From Stegostoma tigrinum (lineage: Eukaryota): a stretch of DNA of 64,000 nucleotides. The notes below the pieces were generated by a model. It had not been told where the DNA came from and ran no database searches. It worked only from the letters and a program-made list of their open reading frames with translations. Position 1 is the stretch's first letter. The number at the start of each line of letters is the position of its first letter. Position numbers and translations under genes: made by a program. Positions 25,560 to 37,110 of the stretch are shown here, piece after piece. The DNA is taken from the NCBI RefSeq assembly GCF_030684315.1, contig NC_081356.1:101537242-101601241 (forward strand). Reading direction: 5' to 3'.

Positions 25560-27150
25560 ATGGGAGGATCACTAGCGAGGCTAACATTCATTGCCCATCT
25601 CTAATTGTCTTTGAGAGTGTCATGGTGAGGTGCTGCCTTCAACCACTGTAGTTAGTTTGGTATAGGTGCACTCATAGTGTTTTTGGAAAGGTGTTCCAGA
25701 ATTTGACTCAGTAACAGCAAAGGAAAGGTGCTATAGTTCCCTATCAGAATGGTTTGTGGCTTGGAAGGGAGCTTGTCGATGGCCTCATTCTTATGCATCT
25801 GTTTATCTTTCTTACTAGGTAGTAGAGATTTTGCTTTGGAATGTGCTCTCAGAGATTAATTGTTGCAGTGCATTTTGGAGACATATGTAATGCTGCCAAT
25901 GTGCATTAGTAGTGGTGGAAGTGAATGTTTAGTGTGATGGATGTGGTGCCAATCCTTTTGAACTAGTGTGTTTTTGGAGTTGCACCCATCCAGGCAAGTG
26001 AAGATTATTTAATCTCAGTCTTGATTTGCACCTCGTAGATTGTGTACAGGATTTGGGAGAGGTCTGGAATTCAGATTGAGACTGGCAATTTAAACAAGTT
26101 GAGTAAGTGACCAAATGCATGGCAAATTCATTGTAATGTGGAAAGTCTGAAGTTGTCCTCTTTGGTAGGAAGAGCTGAATGGCAAATTATTAATTAAACA
26201 GTGATAGGTTTTGAAATCTTAATGTACAAAGGGATCTGAATGACCTTGTCACTGAAAGCAAGCGTGTTGTTGCAGCAAGCTGTTAGGAAGACCAATAGAA
26301 TGTTGGCCGTCATTGTGAGGGGTTTTGAGTAAATGACTAGGGAGTCTCACTGCAGCTGTACATGGCCTTGGTGCAACTGCACTCTTAAGTTTTGCCTGTT
26401 GTCTTGGTCTCCCTACTGAAGAAAAGATATTTTTGCCATAGAGAGAATACAATGAAGGTTCATCAAACTGATTCCTTGGATGACAGGTGTGTTGTATGAG
26501 GAGAAATTGGGTCAACTAGGCCTGTACTCACTGGATTTGAGAAGAATGAGTTGAGGGGTAGGTGGAAGAATCTCATTGAGAAGTGTAAAATGCTGACAGA
26601 CTGCAAGCAGGAATTATTTTTCCCCTATCTAGAAGGGATCCCGAATATATGCAGAGGCAGTTTTGAACTGTGATGAGGCAAAATATTTTCATTAAGAGGG
26701 TGGTGAACTTGTGGAATTCTTCATCACAGAAGACCATTATTGAATACATTTAAGAAAGAAATAGATTGAATTGTAAAGGCAATGCATGTCGGAGAGATTT
26801 GAGAGAGAGGGAATTATGGTATTGAGTTAGGATCAGCCATGAACATGAATGACAAAGTAGGATATGTGAGCTAAAACGTCAACTCGTCCTTTTTTCTGAA
26901 TTTTACTTGCCACAGAATTCCTAGCCTCTGACCTGTTCTCGTAGTCACAGTTTTAAGTGGTCATTCCAGTTCAGTTTCTGGTCAATGCAAAGCACCAGAA
27001 TGTTCATGCCATTGAACATCCAGTGAATATTTTAAGATTTTCTCTTGCTGGAGATGATCATTGCCTTAACGTGATACAGCACAAATGTTGCTCGAGACAT
27101 AGCAATGCGAACCTTAATGTTGTCCAGTTCTTGCTGGTGGATGATGTTGT
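25560..27150. mobile_element. Antisense CR1 type A remnant interrupted by a sense CR1 fragment (about 26060-26900)
   Basis: Reverse complement of the type A tail at about 25590 and degenerate RT motifs. Confidence 0.6.
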
Positions 27151-27251
27151 ACGCTAGACTGAAACCTGACGCTGAAAAAGAAGTGCAACTTTTAACAAGT
27201 TTTATTTTGAAAGTTTTTGTTTCTACCATAATACTTCCATTTATCTCGCAG

Positions 27252-27410
27252 CTTGAAATAGCAGTCAATGTCTGCGACAAGAACTATGATAGTGAAACTG
27301 AACAAACACTCTGTGAGTCACCTGATAAAAGTGAGCCCAGTCAGTCATGCAGCTTAACTCCAGAAGAAGATTACCACCCAGAAGCTACTGATCAGATTGA
27401 ACTTTTTGTT
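27252..27410 (+). CDS. BDP1: BDP1 exon, phase 0->0
   Basis: cgcAG acceptor and GTAAGT donor. Begins LEIAVNV; human continues EE-LEITVNV. Confidence 0.9.
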
Positions 27411-27658
27411 GTAAGTTAAGTTTTTTGTTTCAAGTTAAGTTTTTTGCTTACTACAGGACTCTTTTTCATAATAGATTTGGGATGTGTGCACTATCAACTG
27501 TGTTACCTATGGCCTTGACTGAATAATGTGTAGGGAAAGCAATGTTAAAGTTAATTCAGAAAATGTAATATTCAACATCAGGGTAATTAAAAATTTAATG
27601 TATTTTGTGTTCCTTATTTGTAAAAATTGAGGGCACAAACCCACATTTGTGAATAATA

Positions 27659-27884
27659 GATAATAAAATGTGAGGCTGGATGAACACAGCAGGCCAAGCA
27701 GCATCTCAGGAGCACAAAAGCTGACGTTTCGGGCCTAGACCCTTCATCAGAGAGCTCTCTGATGAAGGGTCTAGGCCCGAAACGTCAGCTTTTGTGCTCC
27801 TGAGATGCTGCTTGGCCTGCTGTGTTCATCCAGCCTCACATTTTATTATCTTGGAATTCTCCAGCATCTGCAGTTCCCATTATC
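27659..27884. mobile_element. Palindromic Penelope-derived mini-element with two hammerhead cores and a 13-bp TSD
   Basis: Perfect inverted repeat 27658-27851 centred at 27754/27755. TTTGTGAATAATA at 27646-27658 and 27885-27897. Confidence 0.92.
27759..27786 (+). ncRNA. Minimal type I hammerhead ribozyme motif
   Basis: CUGAUGA-A-GGGUC(UA)GGCCC-GAAAC-GUC: conserved core, helix II and GUC cleavage triplet. Activity untested. Confidence 0.65.
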
Positions 27885-28148
27885 TTTGTGAATAATACTT
27901 GACGTTTCAGAAATCTGTAAAATGCCTAAATATGGAAGTTGATGAACATTCTTGTGATGACTATCTTAAATTATATTTGTCTAACCTTGTCCTTGTGCAT
28001 GTACATATTCTACATTGTATTATTACAATATCAGGTATTTCAGAATTCCACATGTAGTGAACTGAACAGTTAATGGATGTTGAACTGGTCTTTTAAAACT
28101 AATCTTTATTTACCAGAACATTGAACTTTAACATTCATCTTTTTACAG

Positions 28149-28185
28149 GAAGTTATTGAAATTGCTAGTGAAGATCTAAGTCAGG
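28149..28185 (+). CDS. BDP1: BDP1 37-nt micro-exon, phase 0->1
   Basis: ttttacAG acceptor and GTAAG donor. Encodes EVIEIASEDLSQ and is required for frame continuity. Confidence 0.8.
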
Positions 28186-29099
28186 GTAAGAAAAATACTA
28201 ATTAATTTTAGGTACTTTTATTCCAATTAATATCAGAAATTACTATTTTGAATAATCATCATCAACAAGTTGCAATTTGCCATGTAGACTTTGAGGCATT
28301 TCCCTGAATCATTACTGAGAATAAATAAAGTATTTGAGTAGTAGTAACAAATGTCTTGGACTCCCAACTGATCAAATTAAATATAGAAATTAAAATACCC
28401 CCCGGCTTTGCCATTACAACCTGCCTGTCCTGTCTGATTTCTTGAAAGTGGAATATTAATGCTGTGACTGAGTTAAAGAGCTGCATCAACCTTGCAGCTG
28501 CACAACACTCCTTGGACTAATTTTCCTTTCATATTCCTCAAAGAGTAGAACGAACAATAACAGTGCATTTCTTCCAATCAGATGATGTTGTTGCAACTTT
28601 ATTATAGTGTCTTAATGACATTCTGTTCGAACATTGCAGAGTTACACTTTTTTCAGGTATCCTGGTAAAATTGTTTGACAAAACTATGTTAAGTGTGTTT
28701 GCAAAGAAGCTTCTGGGAGTATTTGAAATTACATTACATGATAATGTCATTGTCATTGCTAGATTCTTGTTTGAGAGCTGTATATTTTGTGGCTGTCTTT
28801 ATTTTCAGGCTGGAATGCTCAATGCTTATAAAGTGTTGTGAATTCTCCTTTTAAAATTATTTTAAGGTGTAATTTAAAACTGGGCACAGATTCTATTAAA
28901 AGTTTGATTCTAACAAATAACCAACATGCATTTTGTATAAACAATTGGTATTGAGGTAAGAATTATTCTGGTTACTATGTGTGACAACACTGGAAATGCA
29001 TTCCAGAAAAAATTGTTTATGATGTCACCACATACTTAATAAGCAGAGGAGTTCTCCTGTAGTTATGTTGATTGTAAATCTGTGTTGTTGGCCTTATAG

Positions 29100-29376
29100 A
29101 AGAGGACTATGATAATACAGAATCTGCTGATGGTTTCCAAGATGCTGCGTACACAAGTATAGGCAGTGTGGATCAGAAGAGCTTGGAGCAAGAAGCTATC
29201 CTTGGTGGTGATCCTTCTCCTATGCAAGTTGAAGTACATGACACTGCTCCTGATGGGTGCACTGAATCTAGCAGATGTGATGAGCAGCATATTCCAACAG
29301 AGAATAATCTGAAGGATGGGCTTGACTTAGAAGAATCTTCTCTTCCAAAAGAAGATTCTCACAATGCTAGCATTAG
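29100..29376 (+). CDS. BDP1: BDP1 exon, phase 1->2
   Basis: ttatAG acceptor and GTGAG donor. Encodes EDYDNTESADG...SHNASI. Confidence 0.85.
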
Positions 29377-29759
29377 GTGAGGTCACTAATGTTGTGTTTG
29401 TGAAGGATTAAATTTTTCCATGAATTGTGATTCATAATATTTCTCTCGTACTGCATAAAAGGATGAATGTACTATCATGACAGTGCCTCAGATTTGATCT
29501 AGAATTTAGCAGTGAACTCGAACCAATGGATAATAAACCTAGCTCATACAGTTTCAAAGCTTGAAATACGTCTTCCTACATATTCTTCCTTCCTTCTGTG
29601 CCTTGCAGTTGTCCTTTCCCTGGATTTCAATTATGAATTCCTATCAAATTAGTCTTTCCTTCTTTCTCTTGTCCTTTATCGAGTATTTAGAATTTAGTTT
29701 TGGTTTGCAATATTGGTTTCTTGATCTATCATATCCTTACTTCTGTTTTTCAACTTTAA

Positions 29760-32020
29760 GAACCAAAGAAATAGAGATTCAAGTTGACCATATGACCACT
29801 TGAGCCTGATACGGCATTCAGTGCAATCACCTTTTTCAGAAACTTCAATTTCCTCCATGCTGCTTATCAATTGAATGCCTGGTAAATTTTTCCAAACCTT
29901 GAAGTTACTGAATGATGGAGCATCCATAACCTTCCTGGATAGAGAGGTCCACAGATTCACAAGACTTGAAATGAAGAAATTGCTCCTCGATTTGTTTCTC
30001 ATGTATTGATCCGTTGTGCTGCATATTGACCAGCTGGGGAGACAACCTCTGTGCATCTACCCTTTCAAACCTCTTCAGAATCATTTTATTTTGATTTTGT
30101 TTTAGTCAACCTGTGCAGACATGTGATGACATACTTTTGGAGGGTCTTCTATACTCTTAAATATGCCCAATTTACTCAGCCTGTCATCACTGGGCAGCCC
30201 TTTCATTTGAGGCACCTATTTAATTAATTTTGGCTTACCACATCCAAGACAAATATATCCATTCTGAGATTTGGAGATAAAACTGCACTGTATTCCAAGT
30301 GTGATCTCACCAAAACCCTATAAGAATTGAAGCAAAATTTTTTTGTTCATGTATTGCAGTCAGCCTGCAATATAAGCCAGCAGGCCATTGTGTTGCTAAT
30401 TGCTTGCTATATTTGCAAGTTAATTTTATTTTCCTTCTATGATGCTCATCTTTCCAAGCATTGTCATTTAAATGCTTCAAACCTTTCAAACATGCAGCAG
30501 GATATAGATCAGCTGAAAAGTTGGGCAGAGAAATAGCAGGTGGAGTTTAATCTGAACAAATGTGAGGTGATGCATTTTGGGAGATCCAATGCAAGAACCA
30601 AGTATATTCAGTAAATCGCTGATCCTTAAGAGCATTAATAAACAGAGGGATCTTGGGGTTCAAATCCATAGCTTTCTGAAAGTGACATACAAGTGGATAA
30701 AATAGTAAAGAAGGCATACGTTCTGCTGGTAAACGCACTGAGTATAAAAGGCTGAGGGCTGACCTGCTAGAAATATATCAAATTATTAAGGTCCTGGATA
30801 GGTTGGAAATGTTAAATACTAGGGGGCATAGGATTAACATGAGAGGGGCAAAGTTTAAGGGTGATATGCAAGGAAAGTTTTTTTTTAAAACACTGCCTGG
30901 CGCAAGGAGGTGGTAGAAGCAGACGCGCTGGCGAAGTTTAAGAGGCATTTAGACAGACACATGAACAGGAAAAGAAAAGAGGGTTACGGATCATGTGTAG
31001 GCGGATGGGATTAGTTTACAGTAGCACCATGGTCAACACAGACATGGTGGGCCACAGGGCCCCTTCCTGTTTTGTGCTGTTCTACATGTTATCTGCTTTC
31101 CTGATCTGATTATCAAAGTGAAGAACCTCACATTTCACTATGTTATAAATCTGTGGAGACAATAGCTGCAAGTATGATGTTTCCCTGGTTAGGGAGAATA
31201 TAATTCTGGTTAAGGGGGTGTGGCAAAATTTGAAAATGATAGAGATACCATTAAGGTCTTGGATAAGAAATAATTTTTTTTTCACTCATAGTTGTGAGTC
31301 TTTGGGACTATTTACCACTGACCGCTGCGGAAGCTCAATCTTTAAGTATGTTAAACATGAAGATTGACACTTTTTTTAGATTAGATTAGATTCCCTACAG
31401 TGTGGAAACAGGCCCTTCAGCCCAACAAGTCCACACTGCCCCTTGAAGCATCCCACCCAGACCCATCCGCCTATAACCCTCACCTCCTTGAACACTACGA
31501 GCAATTTAGCATGGCCGATCCACCTAACCTGCACATCTTTGGACTGTGGGAGGAAACCAGTGGGCCCGGAGGAAACCCGCGCAGACAGAGGGAGAATATG
31601 CAAACTCGACACACACAGTCGTCCAAGGCTGGAATCGAACCTGGGTCCCTGGCGCTGTGAGGCTACTGTGCTAACCACTGAGCTACCGTGCTGCTCAACC
31701 AGGGTAACTTAGATGGATAAAATGCATTGAAGTAATCAATCAGTCATGATTCAAATGAATAGTGTAGCAGGTTTGGTTGGCTGAATGGTCTACTCATGTT
31801 TCTACGCCTCTTCTTCCTTGTCTTTTTCCTTGTTGCCCTTTCACTTGACCTGTACAAAACTCTTTGCAGCCTCCTTGTACCTTTCTTAAAGTTCATATTC
31901 ACACCTAGCTTAGTGTTGATAAACTTGAATGTATTACTCCATCTCTCTGTCTGAGTCATCAATTGTATTTTCTAATGGTGAAAACCCCAGTGCTGACCCC
32001 ATGGCACACCACTAATTATG
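29760..32020. mobile_element. Cluster of interleaved degenerate CR1 fragments on both strands
   Basis: WAEK*QVEFN..KCEVMHFG at about 30520 (+) and antisense CR1 3' UTR motifs. Confidence 0.6.
31376..31696 (-). mobile_element. HE1-like SINE, full length
   Basis: Reverse complement homologue of the 1001-1325 element with an (AATCT)n tail. Confidence 0.88.
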
Positions 32021-32384
32021 GGGAGACTCAAGTTCTTTACATCTAATATGATGAGTTTTTTGTAAGCTTTAGTTATTTCTTGCTTAAAACTGAGTTTGCT
32101 ACTATTGTCGAGCTTGTAAATTTATCTTGACAGTGACTAATCTTCACCCATACTGATACTTCTGATCATCTTTTCTCAATTTTTGGGTTTTCTGCTGCCG
32201 CATTTTCATTCTTCCAATGTTTTCAAAATATAATATCTTTAGAGTGTTACTTTTCCAACTTTGGACTTATCTTCATCTAGATTTCTTGCTGCATGGAAAT
32301 TATTCAAAATTATATTTTAAGTGATAATGTCAAAATTTATTTTCATCTGCGCTGATACTAAAAGGAATCCATTTCTTTTGTTAG

Positions 32385-32581
32385 TAGCTCCACAGTCACT
32401 GAGCAGACAAGTTTACAGACAAACCAAGCTATAAAAAGGTGCAGATTTCTTAAACCAAAACCCAACCTCAGTAAAACCACACGTAGAAGTCACGCTAATA
32501 AGACCTGTCCTATTACAGAGAGTAGACCGATACAGAACTCTGTAGAATCATCTGAAACAACATTGCAGAAGTCGAAACAGG
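32385..32581 (+). CDS. BDP1: BDP1 exon, phase 2->1 (TAGTAG tandem acceptor; alternative start 32388)
   Basis: Contains KRCRFLKPKPNLSK (human RSRLAKPKPNLEK). GTAAG donor at 32582. Confidence 0.9.
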
Positions 32582-33246
32582 GTAAGCAAAATGTAAGCAA
32601 AATGTATCAGGACCTGTATTAGTTAAATACATATTTTCTTTTTAAAACAAAAACAGTCTGTGTATTGAAGTTAGTTAGAAACTTGCTGACCTGAGATGTC
32701 ACTGGTTCCTTGCAACTATATGTTCCCAATTGTATGCATGCGTGAGAATATTTTGAAGCTTACGATAACAGTAATTGAAAGGCAGGCATTATAATTGGAG
32801 TGAGTGATTGTATTGACATGCATTTCAGACATAGTATTTACTTTTATCAGAAATGCACCATTTGTTTTAATTGTTGGATTTATTTGTGTTGTAAAGCAAT
32901 TTCCTCATGATTTGAAGTACTTAAAATGATTGCTTTTAAATTTGGAATTAAAGATCCTGAAAAGTAATTAATCGTTTTAAGTGGATATTTTAAAATTGCT
33001 GATAACAATTCATAGTATTCCTGGCAGTTTGCCAGGTATTTCCAGTATGGGAAATGTTGGCGCAAGGAAATGTTAACTGTTGAAAACCCAAAGGTCTGCG
33101 GATGCTGTAACTCAAACAAAAACAGAAATTGCTGGGAAAGCTCAGCGGATCTGGCAGCATTTGTGGAGAAAAATCAGAGTTAATGTTTTGGATCGAGTAA
33201 CCTTTCCTCAGAACTCAATGTTAACTGTTTATGATTTTACTTCTAG

Positions 33247-34474
33247 ACAATGAATCGAAGGACAGCCTTGGTGACTCCTTGCAGCTTCGCCTGGTTACAG
33301 CAGAAACTGATAAACAACGCCTAAACACCGAGCAGATTTCATTTGGGCAACCAAATGATAAGGTGTCACTGTCTGATGAACAAGGGAAATGTGTTGGAAA
33401 TCAAGATCAAATGAACAAAACTGAACATTTGGGTTGTAGCACTGAGCAACTGTGGGAAAAGTTATCAATATTTGAACAACAAGACATGGGGCATGGAAAG
33501 CAACCCAGTAGGACTGAGCATCTGGTTGATGAGATTCAGCATGTGGGTAAGCAGTCATCAATAAATGAACAACAAGATCAATACGTGGAAGATGAAGAAC
33601 AACTGAGTAGGACTCAGCATCTGGATGATGAGACCCAGCATGTGGTTGAACAGCTATCAGTATCTGAGCAACAGAACCAGTGTGTGGAAGCTGAGGAAGA
33701 ACAACCAAGTAGGACTCAGCATCTGGATGATGAGACCCAGCATGTGGTTGAACAGTTATCAGTATCTGAGCAACAGAACCAGTGTGTGGAAGGTGAAGAA
33801 GAACTACTGAGTAGGACTCACCGTCTGGGTGAACAGTTATTGATACCTAAGCAACAAAACCAATGGGTGGAAGACGAAGAGCAACTGAGGAGGACTGCAT
33901 ATCTGGGTGATGAGACTCAGTATAGGCATGAACAGTTATCAACACTCGAGCAACAAGACCAATGTATGAAAGATGAAGAAGGGCAATCGAGTAGGACTCA
34001 CCATCTGGGTGAACAGTTATCAGTACTAAAGCAACAAAACCAATGGGTGGAAGACGAAGAGCAACTGAGGAGGACTGCATATCTGGGTGATGAGACTCAG
34101 TATAGGCATGAACAGTTATCAACACTTGAGCAGCAAGACCAATGTATGAAAGATGAAGAAGGGCAATCGAGTAGGACTCAGCATCTGGGCGAACAATTAT
34201 CAATACTAAAGCAACAAAACCAATGGGTGGAAGACGAAGAGCAACTGAGGAGGACTGCATATCTGGGTGATGAGACTCAGTATAGGCATGAACAGTTATC
34301 AACACTCGAGCAACAAGACCAATGTATGAAAGATGAAGAAGGGCAATCGAGTAGGACTCAGCATCTGGGCAAACAATTATCAATACTAAAGCAACAAAAC
34401 CAATGGGTGGAAGATGAAGACCAACTTGAAAGAGCTAAGCAACTGGATGCTAGAATTGAGTGTCTGAGTGCAAG
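33247..34474 (+). CDS. BDP1: BDP1 large repeat-containing exon (1228 nt), phase 1->2
   Basis: ttctAG acceptor and GTAAA donor. Uninterrupted frame of about 409 codons that bridges phase 1 (32581) to phase 2 (34633). Confidence 0.85.
33507..34440 (+). repeat. Coding tandem repeat array (99/102-nt units, then 180-nt higher-order units)
   Basis: AGTAGGACT anchors at 33507, 33606, 33708, 33810, 33990, 34170 and 34350. Confidence 0.95.
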
Positions 34475-34632
34475 GTAAAAGAGGGTACTCTTACAGTATT
34501 TAACGAGATAATCACATCATTTTGATAACTGCTCAGGGCGTGATTGCACATTTTAACAAATAAATATTTAAAGTAGAATAGATATTGTAGACTTGGTTTT
34601 GTTGTTTGTACTGATGCCATGTCTTTGTTCAG

Positions 34633-34816
34633 TGTGTCTCCAGCAAATGATCAACGACAGACAACATCTGAAAGTCAAGAAGCACAATCAGGCATGTCCT
34701 GTGGTGCATACTTCTCTCAATCCACGTTGAGTCGGTGTCAGAGAACTGATGCAAAGCTATCCATAGGAGCTCCAGAATCAAATGCTGATGTTTCATATTT
34801 TGGTTACTCCCAACAG
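34633..34816 (+). CDS. BDP1: BDP1 exon, phase 2->0
   Basis: gttcAG acceptor and GTATG donor. Encodes VSPANDQRQTTSES...GYSQQ. Confidence 0.8.
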
Positions 34817-35120
34817 GTATGCGTGATGATTTTCAAAAATAATACTCCATTCACTTATAGGTTAGTTTTGCTTGTTTTAATAGGATGTGTGTGTCCGGGA
34901 AAGTCAGCTTTTATTACATACTTGCCCTTGAGAACGTGATGGTGAGTTGCATCACATACTGCAGTCTGTGTTTTGAAACTACCACAAAACTATTCGGGAT
35001 AAAATGCCAGAACTTTCTTTAAAAGACACATACTGCTGCTATGCTGAGTTGGTGCTGTAGAGTGCAAATGTTTATGGTGGTAGACAGAATTCATTCTTGA
35101 ATGCTGTTGGAGCTGCACTT

Positions 35121-35277
35121 ATCAACTACAGACAACATCTGAAAGTCAAGACGCACAATTGGGCATGTCCTGTGTGATGCATACTTCACACAATCCACGT
35201 TGAGTTGGTGTCAGAGAACTGATGCAGAGCTATCCATAGAGGCTCTAGAATCACATGCTGATGTTTCATATTTTGGT
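35121..35277 (+). pseudogene. Partial intronic duplicate of BDP1 exon 34633-34816
   Basis: Aligns to 34650-34804 with about 13 substitutions and a 2-nt insertion. Both splice sites are absent. Confidence 0.9.
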
Positions 35278-35439
35278 GGAAATAATTCAGAGATGGAAAA
35301 CATTCCACCATATTTTTAATTTATACAATGATGGTGGTAAGGTTGGAGCTTCAGCCTCCTTGTAGTACATCAGCTGCTGACTTGCTGTAGCCACTGTAAA
35401 TATGTTGCTGGTCTGGTTAAGATTTTGGTGATCCCCATG

Positions 35440-37110
35440 ATCCAGTGACTTTGCCTTTATTGCAAAAGGGTTTGAGTATAGGAGCAAGGATGTCTTATTG
35501 CAGCAATGTAGGGCCTTGGTGAGACTAAACCTGCATACAGATTTGGTCTCCTCACTTAAAAACAGTACTTGCCACTGTGGGAAGTAAGTGAAAATTCAGC
35601 AAACTAATATCTGGGTTAGATGCTGCTTGGCCTGCTGTGTTCATCCAGCTTCATGCTTTATTATCTTGGATTCTCCAGCATCTGCAGTTCCCATTATCTC
35701 TGGGTTGGTTTGATAGGTTTGTCATATGAGGGGAGAGTACTTTGACAGCCTGTATTCATTGGGTTGAGATCCAACTGAACTGGCAATTCAAAATGGGCTA
35801 GAAACACAGCAGAGCCCACATCTCTGAATGAATTTATGAAATTAAGGCAAGATCTGAAAAAGTAGACTGTGAACGTCAATTTAAGAGTAAATCTACACAA
35901 AACAGTGGGAGTTGTTCAGAAAGGTGTTGGGAAGAGAGTACAGACCTATCATTTTCCTTTTAGGATGAAATATAGGAGCAGCAAGCCCAGACTACCCTGG
36001 ATGTCTAGGAATATTCAGGACTGGATAAGAAAGTATAGCAGGTACAGAGGGAGAAAGTCAATGGTGGCCGTAGAAGCCTGTAGAAAGTGCAGGGGGAACC
36101 CATGAAACCAATTAGGAGAGCAAAGAGGAGGGAATGACTGGTCTCTTATTGTTTGCAACATAAATAAACTGTATGAATGAGAATGTAAGGGGGTTGGTAA
36201 ATAAGTTTGTGAATAGCACACCGATTAGCCAAATGGTTGACAGTAAGGAAGAGGATCTTAGATTACAGGAGGATATAAACAAATTGGTGACATGGGCTGA
36301 TTAGTGGCAGATGGAATTTAAATTTAATAAGTGTGAGGTGATGCACTTTGGGCGATGTCACAAGACAAGAGTATATTCAATGAATGGCAGGACAGTAGGA
36401 GCTCTGAGGAACCGAGGAATCTTGGAGTCACTTGTCCATAGATCCTTAAAGGCAGCAGACAGATTAATATGGTAGTTAAGATGACATACAAGGATACTTG
36501 GATTTATCAGTTGAAATATAGTTTATAAGGGCAGAGAGGTTATGTTGGAGCTGTACAAGAATTTGGTTAGGCTACAGCTGGACAACTCTGTGCAGTTCTG
36601 GTCACTGCCCTATTGGAAGGATAGGATTGCACCTGAAGGGATGCAGCAGCGATTCGTCAAGATGTTGCTTTGGATGGATTGCTTTAGCTACGAATAGAGG
36701 CTGGATAAGGCCAGGTTGTTTTCTTTGGAGTAGAGAAGATTGAGAAAGGATCTGATAGAGCTATATACGATTATGAGAGGAATGGACAGAGTGGACATGC
36801 ATAGAAAACAGCCAATCCCCTTAGTTGAAGGGTCAGTAACAAGGGGCACACTTTTCAGTTGAAAGTCAAGAGGTTTAGAGGCGATTTGAGGAAAACCTTC
36901 CACCCTCTGGGTGGTAGGAATCAGGAATGCACTACCTGTGATGGTAGGTAACCTCAACCTTTAAAAGATATTTGGATAAGCACTTGAAATATCATGACAT
37001 TCAAGTTTGTAGGCCGAGTGCTGGAAGTAGGACAAGTATGGATTTAGTGCAGTTTTGGTGATACAGACTCAATGGCCATAGGGCCTCTTCAGTGCTGTAT
37101 GATTCTCTGA
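35440..37110 (+). mobile_element. Degenerate CR1 fragments with a short PLE tail insertion (35618-35698, TSD TCTGGGTT)
   Basis: RT motif remnants. TSD copies at 35610 and 35699. Confidence 0.65.

Noticed and set aside
27413-27446. Short direct duplications (AAGTTAAGTTTTTTG x2; also near 13328 and 20966)
   Set aside because: Ordinary slippage or repair duplications with no evidence of function.
27646-27897. Palindrome as a DNA-transposon MITE or a pre-miRNA
   Set aside because: The arms are identical to PLE termini that elsewhere adjoin a GIY-YIG-like ORF end. The asymmetric tail and variable-length TSDs fit retrotransposition, and a perfect loopless stem is unlike a miRNA precursor.
33847-34383. 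178-aa minus-strand ORF (and 33295-33708)
   Set aside because: Antisense shadow of the repeated coding exon; one stop-free unit is simply repeated.
33507-34440. Regularly spaced repeats as a CRISPR-like array
   Set aside because: Whole units are repeated with no unique spacers. They are in-frame coding repeats in a eukaryotic exon.
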